Source: Anaerolineales bacterium (GTDB lineage: Bacteria > Chloroflexota > Anaerolineae > Anaerolineales > UBA11579). From it: a DNA stretch of 64,000 bases. Below, one piece after another: positions 53,514 through 64,000 of the stretch; the first letter of the stretch is position 1; each line of letters starts with the position of its first letter. The translations under genes were made by a program, and so were the position numbers. The DNA lies in the NCBI GenBank assembly GCA_019637675.1, contig JAHBVE010000003.1, forward strand, positions 473,568 to 537,567, written 5' to 3'. The notes under the pieces are model-generated. The model did no database searches and had not been told where the DNA came from. It saw only the letters and a list, made by a program, of their open reading frames with translations.

Positions 53514-53588
53514 TCGGGGCGAAAGGATTTGAACCTTCGACCTCACCGTCCCGAACGGTGCGCGCTAGCCGGGCTGCGCCACGCCCCG
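53514..53588 (-). tRNA. tRNA-Pro (anticodon CGG), no encoded CCA
   Basis: The reverse complement folds as CGGGGCG-TG-GCGC-AGCCCGGCTA-GCGC-G-CACCG-TTCGGGA-CGGTG-AGGTC-GAAGG-TTCAAAT-CCTTT-CGCCCCG-A. All stems are canonical. Confidence 0.9.
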
Positions 53589-53661
53589 AGAACTACTGGA
53601 GCATTGCGAATGGCAACGCCATCGCAATAACACCCCGAATGAGCCGTGATTATATCCGCGT

Positions 53662-54897
53662 TTATTCCGCGCTTGCGCCCCAGCCCTGGCGCGGCAGGCG
53701 GATGCTGAAGCGGCTGCCCTTGCCCTCAATGCTCTCGGCGCTGACCATGCCGCCTTGCAGCTCCACCAGCGTGCGGGTGATGGTGAGCCCCAGACCCATG
53801 CCGCCGTGGCGGCGGGTCATGTGGTCCTCCACCTGGAAGAAGCGGTCGAACACGCGCGGCAGGTCCTGGGCCGGGATGCCGATCCCGCTGTCGGCGACCT
53901 GGATCTCGACCCAGTTCTCGTGCTCCAGCAGGCTGAGTTGCACCAGGCCGCCGGCGTTGGTGAAGCTGATGGCGTTCTTGAGCAAATGGTCCACCGCTAC
54001 GAACAGCTTGTTGGGATCAGCGGTGATGTAGACCGCATGCTCCGGGATCTGGCTGCTCAGCTGAATGCCTGCTTCGTTGGCGGGCGCGGTATGCATGTCC
54101 AGCAGGCTATGCAACTGGGCTGACAGGTCGTAGCTCTGGGTGCGCAGGACGGCCGTGCCGCTTTGGGCCAGCTCGATCTTGGAGAGATCCTCCACGATCT
54201 GCTTGAGGCGCAGGGCAGCCTTCTCGATGGTCTCGCTCTGCTGGCGGGCTTCGCCGTCGTCCAGGATCTCTTTCAAGTAGCTGGCGTGGCCCAGCACCAG
54301 GCCGAGCGGAATGCGCAGTTCGTGTGAGGTGATAGCGATGAAGTCGTTGCGCATCTTGTCGAGCTCGGCCAGGGTGGTGTAGCCCTGGCGGGCCTGGTGC
54401 ATCATCTCGGCATTCTCCAGCGCGATAGCGGCCTGGGCGGCCAGATGCTCCATGACGAGCACATCTTCTTTGTCGAATTCGTTCTCGCGCTTGTTCACGG
54501 CGCACAGCACGCCGAGCGCGGCGCCATCCACCACCAGCGGGACGGCCAACAGGTTGCGCGCCTCCAGTTCGGGCTGGGCTTCACCCAGCACCGGCCACAG
54601 GCTGCGGTAGGCCTGGCCCATAGGATTGTTGTCCAGCGGCAAGCTGATGGCGCTGCGGCGGGTATGCGTCAGCCAGGGCGCGATCTCCAGGCGCAGCGTT
54701 TCGGTTTCGGGGTCGTAGCGGGCGATCGCGCCCTGCTCGCTGTCGGTCACCTCGGCTGCGGCGCGCACGATGGCGCGCATAAGCTCCTCTGGTTGCAGCG
54801 TGGCGCTGATGCGGCGGTTGGCCTCCAGCACGCGTTGTAGCCGTTCGAGGCGTTTGCGCAGGGCGTGGGCGTCCAGCAGTTCGGAGGTTTTGGCCAC
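53662..54897 (-). CDS. Cytoplasmic GAF-domain sensor histidine kinase
   Basis: It has a GAF-like N-half, the H-box FIAITSHELRIPLGLVLG, and HATPase motifs (LLKNAISFT, DSGIGI, GMGLGL). There are no TM segments. Confidence 0.85.
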   Translation of the reverse strand: MAKTSELLDAHALRKRLERLQRVLEANRRISATLQPEELMRAIVRAAAEVTDSEQGAIARYDPETETLRLEIAPWLTHTRRSAISLPLDNNPMGQAYRSLWPVLGEAQPELEARNLLAVPLVVDGAALGVLCAVNKRENEFDKEDVLVMEHLAAQAAIALENAEMMHQARQGYTTLAELDKMRNDFIAITSHELRIPLGLVLGHASYLKEILDDGEARQQSETIEKAALRLKQIVEDLSKIELAQSGTAVLRTQSYDLSAQLHSLLDMHTAPANEAGIQLSSQIPEHAVYITADPNKLFVAVDHLLKNAISFTNAGGLVQLSLLEHENWVEIQVADSGIGIPAQDLPRVFDRFFQVEDHMTRRHGGMGLGLTITRTLVELQGGMVSAESIEGKGSRFSIRLPRQGWGASAE

Positions 54898-55098
54898 GAG
54901 GCGAGTATAAAGGAGAGGCGAGTGATTAGTAATGAGTAATCACCAGGACGCAGAAAACAAAAAGCAGCCGTCTAAGAGCTATCGGTCTTGTGCATTACTG
55001 AACTTTTACTCATCTGCGGCTGCAGTTCTGATTACTGATCCCTGTTCACAGCTCACTGACGAAATATTTTGCGTATAATTTTTTATTACGAGGTATGT

Positions 55099-55848
55099 AT
55101 GTCCGGTCATAGTAAATGGTCCACCATTAAACGCAAGAAAGCAGTCACAGACGCCAAGCGCGGCGCAGTCTTCACCCGCCTGGCGCGTGAGATCACTATC
55201 GCGGCCCGCGAGGGCGGCGGCAGCCCTGAAACCAACTTCACCCTGCGCCTGGCGATCGACAAAGCCAAGGGCGAGAACATGCCCAGCGATAACATTGACC
55301 GCGCCATCAAGCGCGGCACGGGTGAGGACAAAGACGGCGCCACGCTGGAGCAGGTGACCTATGAGGGCTTCGGCCCGAATGGGGTCGCAGTCATCGTGGA
55401 AGCCGTGACGGATAACCGCAACCGCACCGTTTCCGAGCTGCGCCATGCCTTCAGCCGCCACGGCGGCACCCTGGGCGAGAGCGGCTCGGTCAACTGGCAG
55501 TTCGACCGGGTGGCGTTCTTCGCCTTTGCCGCTCAAGGCAAGAGCGAAGAAGAGCTGTTCGAGCTGGTGGTGGAAGCCGGCGCCGACGACATTTGGTACG
55601 AAGACGGCCAGGTGGAAGTGACCGGGCCGGTGGATGCTTTCAAGCGCATCGGCGATGCGCTGCGCCAAGCCAGCATCGCCATTGACGACGCTGGCTTGCG
55701 CATGCAGGCCAAGCAGGAGCTTGAAATGAGCGCCAGCGAGAGCTTGCAAGTGCTGCGCTTCATTGAAAGCCTCGAAGAACTGGACGACGTGCAAGCCACG
55801 GCCAGCAACCTGAAGATCAGCGACGAAGCCCTCGCCCAGCTCTCCTAA
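55099..55848 (+). CDS. yebC: YebC/PmpR-family transcriptional regulator
   Basis: MSGHSKWSTIKRKKAVTDAKRGAVFTRLAREITIAAREGGG...YEGFGPNGVAVIVE. Confidence 0.9.
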   Translation: MSGHSKWSTIKRKKAVTDAKRGAVFTRLAREITIAAREGGGSPETNFTLRLAIDKAKGENMPSDNIDRAIKRGTGEDKDGATLEQVTYEGFGPNGVAVIVEAVTDNRNRTVSELRHAFSRHGGTLGESGSVNWQFDRVAFFAFAAQGKSEEELFELVVEAGADDIWYEDGQVEVTGPVDAFKRIGDALRQASIAIDDAGLRMQAKQELEMSASESLQVLRFIESLEELDDVQATASNLKISDEALAQLS

Positions 55849-55852
55849 CACT

Positions 55853-56353
55853 ATGCTGGCCATCGGAATCGACCCCGGCACGGCCATCACCGGCTACGGT
55901 CTCGTACGCCAGTCCCCATCTGGCAATTTGGAATGTGTGGATTGGGGCGTGATCCTGACCCCGGCCAAGATGGAGTTGGCCGAACGCCTGGCGCATATCC
56001 ACGCCGGCCTGGTGACGGTGCTCGAGACGCACCGCCCAGCCAGCGCGGCGGTCGAGTCGCTTTTCTTTCAGCGCAATGTGCGCACCGCAATGAGCGTGGG
56101 CCAGGCCCGCGGGGTGGTGTTGCTGGCCCTGCAGCAGGCCGGGCTGGCCGTGGCGGACTATACGCCCAACCAGGTCAAGCAGGCGGTTAGCGGATACGGC
56201 GCGGCCGACAAACAACAAATGCAAAATATGGTCAAAACATTACTCGGGCTATCCGAGCTTCCCAAGCCTGACGACGCCGCCGATGCGCTGGCGATCGCCA
56301 TCTGCCATCTCAACACCCGCCGCACAGTGGCGGCCATGGAGCGTGCCCAATGA
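55853..56353 (+). CDS. ruvC: Crossover junction endodeoxyribonuclease RuvC
   Basis: MLAIGIDPGTAITGYGLV...AAVESLFFQRNVRTAMSVGQARGV...QVKQAVSGYGAADKQQ...DDAADALAIAICH. Confidence 0.9.
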   Translation: MLAIGIDPGTAITGYGLVRQSPSGNLECVDWGVILTPAKMELAERLAHIHAGLVTVLETHRPASAAVESLFFQRNVRTAMSVGQARGVVLLALQQAGLAVADYTPNQVKQAVSGYGAADKQQMQNMVKTLLGLSELPKPDDAADALAIAICHLNTRRTVAAMERAQ

Positions 56354-57609
56354 TCAGCGAATGGGATCTGTTCCTGCGCTTCGGCGCGGCGCTGGTCATC
56401 GGCTTCTCGATCGGCCTGCAGCGCGAGTTCTCGCACGGCGGGCGCGGCAAGAACATCCCGGCCGGCGAGCGCACCTTCGCGCTCTTCGCGCTGGCGGGCA
56501 GCCTGGCCGCCATGGCGTCTGACCGCTACCACCAGCCGCTGATCTTCTTTGGTCTGCTGCTGGCCGTGGGCCTCATGCTGGTGGTGGGCTACTACTTCAA
56601 GGCCAGCGACCAGCATGTGGGCATGACCACCGAAGCGGCCGTGCTCATCACGGTGCTGCTGGGCGGCCTGTGCTATTGGGATTTTGTGGGCTTGGCGGTT
56701 GCCCTGGGTGTGGCCACCACGCTCATCCTCTCGATCAAGCTGGAAACCGACCGCCTGGTGACGGCGCTGACGCGTGAGGACATCCAAGCCGCGCTGCAGT
56801 TCCTGGTGATCACGGCGGTGGTGCTGCCGGTGCTGCCGAATGAGGCGATCCTGCCCGCGCCGTTCGATGTGCTCAACCCGTTCAAGATCTGGCTGATGGT
56901 CGTGCTCATCTCCGGAATCAGCTTTTTGGCGTACCTGCTCATCAAAGTGCTGGGCAGCGAGCAGGGGCTCGGCCTCTCCGGGCTACTGGGCGGCCTGGTA
57001 TCCAGCACCGCTGTGACGCTGAGCTTCTCGGCGCGCAGCAAGAAGCAGGCCCGCCTGGTGCGCATGCTGGGCTTCGGCATCCTGCTGGCCTGGTCGGTCA
57101 TGTTCGTGCGCGTCATCGTGCAGATCGCCATCGTCAACATGGACCTGGTGCATGTGGTGTGGAAGCCGCTGGCGCTGGCCGCTTTGGCCGGCCTGGGTTA
57201 CGCCTTCTACTTATATGTAGCCAAGCGCAGTCCGGCCAACAGCCAGGTCGAGTTCAGTAACCCGTTCGACCTGATGGCTGCCTTGCGCTTTGGCCTACTG
57301 TATGCCTTTGTTTTGCTAATCAACCGCGCCGCGCAACTCTATCTGGGCGAGCAGGGCGTGCTGCTCTCCAGCTTCGTGGCTGGTTTTTCTGACTCCAACG
57401 CCATCACGCTCAGTCTGGCCGAACTTAGCCACAGCGGCGGCCTCAGCCTGGATACGGCTGCCCTGGGTATCGTGATCGCCACCATGACCAACACGCTGTT
57501 CAAGGGCGGCATCGTGCTGACCTCCGCGTCGGCCGGCCTGCGCCGCGCCATCTGGCCCGGCATGCTGCTGGTGGTCGTAGTCGGCATCGGCGCGGCCTTC
57601 CTGCTCTGA
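56350..57609 (+). CDS. MgtC/SapB-family plus DUF4010 polytopic membrane protein
   Basis: The N-terminal MgtC-type motif is LFLRFGAALVIGFSIGLQRE. About 11 TM segments follow, resembling DUF4010. It overlaps ruvC (ATGA) and ruvA (TGATG). Confidence 0.7.
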   Translation: MISEWDLFLRFGAALVIGFSIGLQREFSHGGRGKNIPAGERTFALFALAGSLAAMASDRYHQPLIFFGLLLAVGLMLVVGYYFKASDQHVGMTTEAAVLITVLLGGLCYWDFVGLAVALGVATTLILSIKLETDRLVTALTREDIQAALQFLVITAVVLPVLPNEAILPAPFDVLNPFKIWLMVVLISGISFLAYLLIKVLGSEQGLGLSGLLGGLVSSTAVTLSFSARSKKQARLVRMLGFGILLAWSVMFVRVIVQIAIVNMDLVHVVWKPLALAALAGLGYAFYLYVAKRSPANSQVEFSNPFDLMAALRFGLLYAFVLLINRAAQLYLGEQGVLLSSFVAGFSDSNAITLSLAELSHSGGLSLDTAALGIVIATMTNTLFKGGIVLTSASAGLRRAIWPGMLLVVVVGIGAAFLL

Positions 57610-58193
57610 TGATCGCTTCGCTCAGCGGGCGCGTAGCCCACATCGGTGAGAGCAGCCTCACGCTGGAGCTATCCGGCGTGGGCTTCAAGGTCAGCGTGCC
57701 GCGCGGCGTGCTCGACGAGGCCCAGATCGGCCAGAGCCTGAGCCTGCATACCTACCTGGTGGTGCGCGAGAACGAGCTGAGCCTGTACGGCTTCCCTTCC
57801 CCCGAAGCGCGGGATACCTTCACGATGCTGATCGGGGTCGAGCGCGTCGGGCCTAAGCTGGCGCTGGCGATCCTCTCGGCGCTCAGCGTGGGCAGCCTGC
57901 GGGCCGCCGTGCTTGGCGGCCAGAGCGCGGTGCTCGGCAAGGTGCCTGGCGTGGGCAGCAAGACCGCCCAGAAGATCGTGCTGCACCTGGCCGACCGCAT
58001 TCTGCCGATGGAGGGCGACGTGCCGGTGCCAGCGGCCCAGCCCGCGGATGGTGACCTGTTGGATGCGTTGCTGGCGTTGGGATACAGCGTGGTGGAAGCG
58101 CAGGCGGCCTTGCAATCCGTGCCGGCCGACGCGTCTGATGATGTGGAAGAGCGCTTGAAGCTGGCGCTGCGCTACTTTAAACGGCCCGCCTAG
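57609..58193 (+). CDS. ruvA: Holliday junction DNA helicase subunit RuvA
   Basis: MIASLSGRV...VGFKVSVP...LHTYLVVRENELSLYGF...FTMLIGVERVGPKLALAILS...LGKVPGVGSKTAQKIVLHL. Confidence 0.9.
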   Translation: MIASLSGRVAHIGESSLTLELSGVGFKVSVPRGVLDEAQIGQSLSLHTYLVVRENELSLYGFPSPEARDTFTMLIGVERVGPKLALAILSALSVGSLRAAVLGGQSAVLGKVPGVGSKTAQKIVLHLADRILPMEGDVPVPAAQPADGDLLDALLALGYSVVEAQAALQSVPADASDDVEERLKLALRYFKRPA

Positions 58194-59038
58194 TCTTCGT
58201 CTGCCGGCTCGGCGTTGCGCTGAGCCTCTTGCAATTCCCCGCCCAATATCAGCACCTGCTCCTCCAGCGCCGCGATCCGTGAGCGCATTTCGCGCTCCAG
58301 CGCTGCCAGGGTATCGCGCCCATCCTCCTGGTCGGTGCGCAGCTCCGTGCGCATCTGCATCGCCGGCGAGAGATCAAGCTCGCGGATGGTTTGCTCCATA
58401 TCGAAGATCAGCGTTTCCAGTTGGCGCAGCTCTACCGTCAGGCGGGCCAGCTCCACCGCTGGGGTGGGGCTGAGCTCCATCTCCAGCTCCATGCGCTTGT
58501 CCAGCGCTTCCAGGGCTTGCAGGTTCTTGGCGCTGTAGGCCTGGTTGACCTCGGCCATGATCTCTTCATGCCATTTGCGCTGCTCATCATCCGGGGCCAG
58601 GTCAGGGTGGTAGCGCTTGGCCAGCCGCCGGAACAGATCGCGCACCCGCCGCTCGTAGTTGACGTCTTGCGATGTGGGCGCGGCGTGCTTTTTGAACGGC
58701 TGGTCCGCGTCAGGCTCCTGGGCTTCTTCACCCGCATGCGTCCAGGCAGCCCCGCCGCGGCGCGAGCCTCGCGCGCCGCGCCAGGCATTGGAAGGCGGCG
58801 CCTGGTCAGCGGTCAGCTCGTCCAGCTGGCGCTGCAGGCGCTGCTGGTGGGCTTCCAGCGGGCCAATCCGGCGGTTGTACAGGTCGGTGAACTCCTGCAG
58901 GGCGCCGCGGGTATTGGTCAGCTCAAGGTCGAGCAGGTCCATATATTCGCGGCGTCTGGCCAGCTTGGCCCGCAGGCTTTCGAGTTCGGCCTGCAAGGGG
59001 GAAATGAGGCTGCTTGTCGTTTTCGGCATTTTCGGCAA
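58190..59038 (-). CDS. J-domain (DnaJ-like) protein flanked by coiled coils
   Basis: The central J-domain core is LFRRLAKRYHPDLAPDDEQRKWHEEIMAEVNQAY. The N- and C-terminal regions are heptad-like and rich in Leu, Glu, Arg and Gln. Confidence 0.7.
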   Translation of the reverse strand: MPKMPKTTSSLISPLQAELESLRAKLARRREYMDLLDLELTNTRGALQEFTDLYNRRIGPLEAHQQRLQRQLDELTADQAPPSNAWRGARGSRRGGAAWTHAGEEAQEPDADQPFKKHAAPTSQDVNYERRVRDLFRRLAKRYHPDLAPDDEQRKWHEEIMAEVNQAYSAKNLQALEALDKRMELEMELSPTPAVELARLTVELRQLETLIFDMEQTIRELDLSPAMQMRTELRTDQEDGRDTLAALEREMRSRIAALEEQVLILGGELQEAQRNAEPADED

Positions 59039-59118
59039 AAGTGCCAGAAATTATAACGAGAGCCTGGGGCTGGCTCCAAACGCGGGGCTATGTATGCGGC
59101 AATTGGTTTGTGAAATAC

Positions 59119-59147
59119 TGGACTAATCGGAGCCTATCTGTTATGAT
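59119..59147 (+). promoter_or_regulatory. Candidate promoter of the atpAGDC block (TGGACT-N17-TATGAT)
   Basis: The -35-like element is at 59119-59124 and the -10-like element at 59142-59147, about 55 nt upstream of the atpA ATG. Confidence 0.35.
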
Positions 59148-59203
59148 TTGCCCAAATGCCTAAATTGGCTAAATCCCTTTCGCGAAATGCGGAGATTTGA
59201 CCC

Positions 59204-60847
59204 ATGACTGACATGATCAAAGATATTTCTTCCAGCCTGCAAAAGCAGATCGATTCGTTTAAGCCCGAATTTGAGCTGCGCGATGTAGGCACGGTGACCG
59301 CCGCAGGTGACGGTATTGCCCGTGCGAGCGGCCTGGCCCAGGTGAAAGCCCAGGAGCTGGTGCAGTTCGAGAACGGCGTGATGGGCATCGCCTTCAACCT
59401 GGAGCGTGACAACGTCGGTATCATCGTCATGGGAGATTTCTCCGGCATTGACGAAGGCATGACGGTGCGCTCCACCGGCCGCATTGCGTCCGTGCCGGTT
59501 GGTGATGCCATGGTTGGCCGTGTGGTCAACGCCCTCGGCGAACCGGTGGACGGCAAAGGCCCCATCGCCTTCACGCAGTACCGCCCGATCGAACGTATTG
59601 CCCCCGGCGTGATCCGCCGCAAAGACGTAGACACCCCGGTGCAAACCGGCATCAAGGGTATTGACGCCCTGACCCCCGTTGGCCGCGGCCAGCGCGAACT
59701 GATCATTGGTGACCGCCAGACCGGCAAGACCGCCCTGGCGATCGACACCATCATCAACCAGAAGGGCAAAGGCCTGCTGTGCATTTATGTGGCCATCGGC
59801 CAGAAGAAGGCCGCCATTGCCCGCACGGTAGCCATCCTCGAAGAGCACGGCGCCATGGAGCACACCGTGATCGTCGTCGCCTCGGCCGATGAGCCGGCCG
59901 CGCTGCAGTACATTGCGCCCTACTCCGGCTGCGCCATCGGTGAAGAGTTCATGGAAACCGGGCGCGATGCGCTGATCGTGTATGACGATCTCTCCAAGCA
60001 CGCCTGGGCCTACCGCCAGGTATCCCTGCTGCTGCGCCGCCCGCCGGGCCGTGAAGCCTACCCGGGTGATCTGTTCTACCTGCACTCCCGCCTGCTGGAA
60101 CGCGCCGCCCGCCTGGCCGATGGCTATGTGGTCGTCCCCAACAGCTTCAGCGGCGATGTAGCCGAAGAGAAAGACGGCCAGGCCTTCAGTGGCCCGCTGG
60201 CCAAGCACAACGCCGAGGAAGCGCTGAAAGGCGCCAAGGACAGCAAGATCGTCCGCCTCAAGGACTCCGGCGGCTCGCTGACTGCGCTGCCCATCATTGA
60301 AACCCTGCTGGGTGACGTATCTGCGTACGTGCCCACAAACGTGATCTCGATCACTGACGGCCAGATCTATCTGGAAGCCAACCTGTTCTATGCGGGTATC
60401 CGCCCGGCCATCAACGCCGGTCTGTCGGTCTCCCGCGTGGGTGGTGATGCCCAGACCAAAGCCATGAAGCAGGTGGCCGGTGGTCTGCGTCTCGACATGG
60501 CTTCCTTCCGTGAGCTGGCAGCCTTTGCGCAGTTCGGTTCCGGTTTGGACAAGGCCACGCAGGCCCAGCTCAACCGTGGCCGCCGCCTGCAGGAGATCCT
60601 GAAGCAGCCCCAGTACGCCCCGGTGGCGCTGGAGCACGAAGTCGCCCTGATCTACGCCGGCACCAGCGGCCTGGCCGACAACATTGACATTGAGCGCATG
60701 AACGAATGGGAAGCATCGCTCGTCCGCTTCCTGGACTCGTCGCATGGCGATCTGCTCAAGGAGATCCGCGAGAAGAAGGCCCTCAGCGACGAGCTCAAGG
60801 CTCGCCTCAAGAGCGCCATCGAGACCTTCAACAGCACCTGGTCCTAA
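59204..60847 (+). CDS. atpA: F1 ATP synthase alpha subunit (with an internal insertion)
   Basis: Walker A is GDRQTGKTA, and it has [33 protein letters not shown] and [12 protein letters not shown]...[13 protein letters not shown]. At 547 aa it is longer than the usual roughly 500-515 aa. Confidence 0.95.
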   Translation: MTDMIKDISSSLQKQIDSFKPEFELRDVGTVTAAGDGIARASGLAQVKAQELVQFENGVMGIAFNLERDNVGIIVMGDFSGIDEGMTVRSTGRIASVPVGDAMVGRVVNALGEPVDGKGPIAFTQYRPIERIAPGVIRRKDVDTPVQTGIKGIDALTPVGRGQRELIIGDRQTGKTALAIDTIINQKGKGLLCIYVAIGQKKAAIARTVAILEEHGAMEHTVIVVASADEPAALQYIAPYSGCAIGEEFMETGRDALIVYDDLSKHAWAYRQVSLLLRRPPGREAYPGDLFYLHSRLLERAARLADGYVVVPNSFSGDVAEEKDGQAFSGPLAKHNAEEALKGAKDSKIVRLKDSGGSLTALPIIETLLGDVSAYVPTNVISITDGQIYLEANLFYAGIRPAINAGLSVSRVGGDAQTKAMKQVAGGLRLDMASFRELAAFAQFGSGLDKATQAQLNRGRRLQEILKQPQYAPVALEHEVALIYAGTSGLADNIDIERMNEWEASLVRFLDSSHGDLLKEIREKKALSDELKARLKSAIETFNSTWS

Positions 60848-60870
60848 CCAAGAACGACCAGTAAGCATTT

Positions 60871-63176
<2,306 letters not shown>

Positions 63177-63189
63177 CAACGAATCAAAT

Positions 63190-63227
63190 CTCCGTTCCCT
63201 ATCCAATGCATGGGATAGGGAACGGAG
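63190..63227 (+). other. Perfect 15-bp-stem intercistronic hairpin between atpD and atpC
   Basis: CTCCGTTCCCTATCC (63190-63204), loop AATGCATG, then GGATAGGGAACGGAG (63213-63227). There is no U-run, and the atpC SD (AGGAG) follows directly. Confidence 0.6.
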
Positions 63228-63245
63228 AGTAGGAGACCGGCTTTT

Positions 63246-63698
63246 ATGACCATCCGTTGCGAAATTGTTTCCCAGGACCGCAGCGTCTTTGAAGGCGACG
63301 CCGACATCGTGACCATCCCCGGCCACGACGGCGAAATGGGCGTGCTGCCTAACCACGCGCCCCTGCTCTCCACCCTTCGCCCCGGTGTCGTCAAAGTCAA
63401 GCAAGGTGCGCAGGAGAGCCTGTTCACCGTAACCGGCGGCCTGGCCGAGATTCAGCCTGACATCATCACCATCCTCGCCGATGCGGCCGAGAACATCGAA
63501 GAGATCGATGTGGCTCGCGCCGAGCGCGCCAAGCGCGAAGCCGAGCAGCGTCTGGCCGAAGGCCTGCCGCACGGCACCGAAGCCTACCTGGCCGCTGAGG
63601 CCGCCCTGGCACGCTCCAACCTGCGCCTGGATATTGCCCGCCGCTTCGGCCGCGCCAACCGCCATTCCCGTTTCCCAACTCAAAGCTCCGGCGAGTAG
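63246..63698 (+). CDS. atpC: F1 ATP synthase epsilon subunit
   Basis: IVSQDRSVFEGDADIVTIPGHDGEMGVLPNHAPLLSTLRPGVVKV, with a C-terminal helical hairpin and an extra basic tail. Confidence 0.9.
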   Translation: MTIRCEIVSQDRSVFEGDADIVTIPGHDGEMGVLPNHAPLLSTLRPGVVKVKQGAQESLFTVTGGLAEIQPDIITILADAAENIEEIDVARAERAKREAEQRLAEGLPHGTEAYLAAEAALARSNLRLDIARRFGRANRHSRFPTQSSGE

Positions 63699-63729
63699 AA
63701 TAATCGCACGCTCAGCGCCTATAAAGCAA

Positions 63730-63764
63730 ACTGCCCTGCGGGCAGTACTGCCCTTTCGGGCAGT
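63730..63764. repeat. Twin tandem hairpins with identical stems (ACTGCCC-TGC-GGGCAGT and ACTGCCC-TTTC-GGGCAGT)
   Basis: Two back-to-back 7-bp stems at 63730-63746 and 63747-63764, downstream of atpC. There is no U-run. Confidence 0.5.
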
Positions 63765-63847
63765 GTGGCAATCTATCTGCATGCGTTATGGCAACCGCCC
63801 ACCCGGGTTGGGTGCCATTGCCTCACTGGCAAACTAACGAGAACCCT

Positions 63848-64000
63848 ATGGCTGTTTTTGCACGCGAACTTGGTATCGATCTGGGGACAATGTTCATTCG
63901 CATTGTCCAGGGCGGCGAGATCACCTTGCAGGAGCCCACGGTCGTCGCCGTGGACTTGCAGGAACAGAAGATGGTGGCCGTGGGCGAAGAAGCCCAGGGC
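63848..64000 (+). CDS. mreB: Rod shape-determining protein MreB, N-terminal fragment (runs off the window end)
   Basis: MAVFARELGIDLGTMFIRIVQGGEITLQEPTVVAVDLQEQKMVAVGEEAQG carries the actin-like phosphate-1 motif GIDLGT. Confidence 0.85.
   Translation, partial: MAVFARELGIDLGTMFIRIVQGGEITLQEPTVVAVDLQEQKMVAVGEEAQG

Noticed and set aside
59141-60868. A 575-aa minus-strand ORF antisense to atpA. Similar long shadow ORFs lie opposite other genes, for example 13589-15091, 14232-15356, 16533-17675, 61764-62849, 44682-45965 and 55006-55890.
   Set aside because: Each one overlaps a gene with strong family motifs on the other strand. Their translations have low-complexity Arg/Gly/Ala/His-rich composition. 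They are treated as GC-driven artefacts.

Overview
This is a dense, high-G+C bacterial chromosomal segment. My hand counts of sampled 60-nt stretches give about 62-72% G+C. I call about 70 protein genes and 2 tRNAs, and many adjacent genes overlap by 1-23 nt.

Most of the content is core housekeeping:
- recO, a SlyD-type PPIase and lipB
- a fused alpha-beta glycyl-tRNA synthetase, followed by tmk, gmk and a rhomboid protease
- fabI, moaA and infC-rpmI-rplT
- yebC-ruvC-(MgtC/DUF4010 membrane gene)-ruvA
- an F1-only atpA-atpG-atpD-atpC block, and the start of mreB

Interspersed with these are two NarL/LuxR-type regulators, two GAF histidine kinases, an orphan CheY-like receiver, a DprE1/DprE2-like oxidase-reductase pair, two large GT-C-like membrane proteins, a membrane-anchored sulfite-oxidase-fold molybdoenzyme, bactofilin, an FHA protein, and several lipoproteins and hypothetical proteins.

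I recognised no rRNA, CRISPR array, cas gene, transposase, integrase, phage structural gene, restriction enzyme or other known defence gene. The protein repertoire suggests a Chloroflexota-like or other Terrabacteria lineage. That is inference only and needs a database search.

I did not find a convincing complete novel multi-gene system. The best leads are:
1. A dispersed family of stacked palindromic (REP-like) hairpins, concentrated around a tRNA-Arg(CCU) with a weak anticodon stem, next to a low-G+C orphan gene.
2. A DprE1/DprE2-like pair that may make a polyprenyl-phospho-arabinose-type envelope sugar donor.
3. A signal-less HtrA protease with a cationic Arg/Gly/Trp tail, in an overlapped operon with a pseudo-receiver LuxR regulator, a DUF385 protein and an ABC exporter.
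4. A polytopic membrane domain fused through an internal twin-arginine motif to a sulfite-oxidase-fold domain.
5. An MgtC/DUF4010 gene translationally coupled between ruvC and ruvA.
6. A roughly 30-40 aa insertion in AtpA, and a Lys-rich N-terminal appendage on the fused GlyQS.

Start codons were chosen by hand from RBS spacing and homology expectations. Several of them are uncertain.
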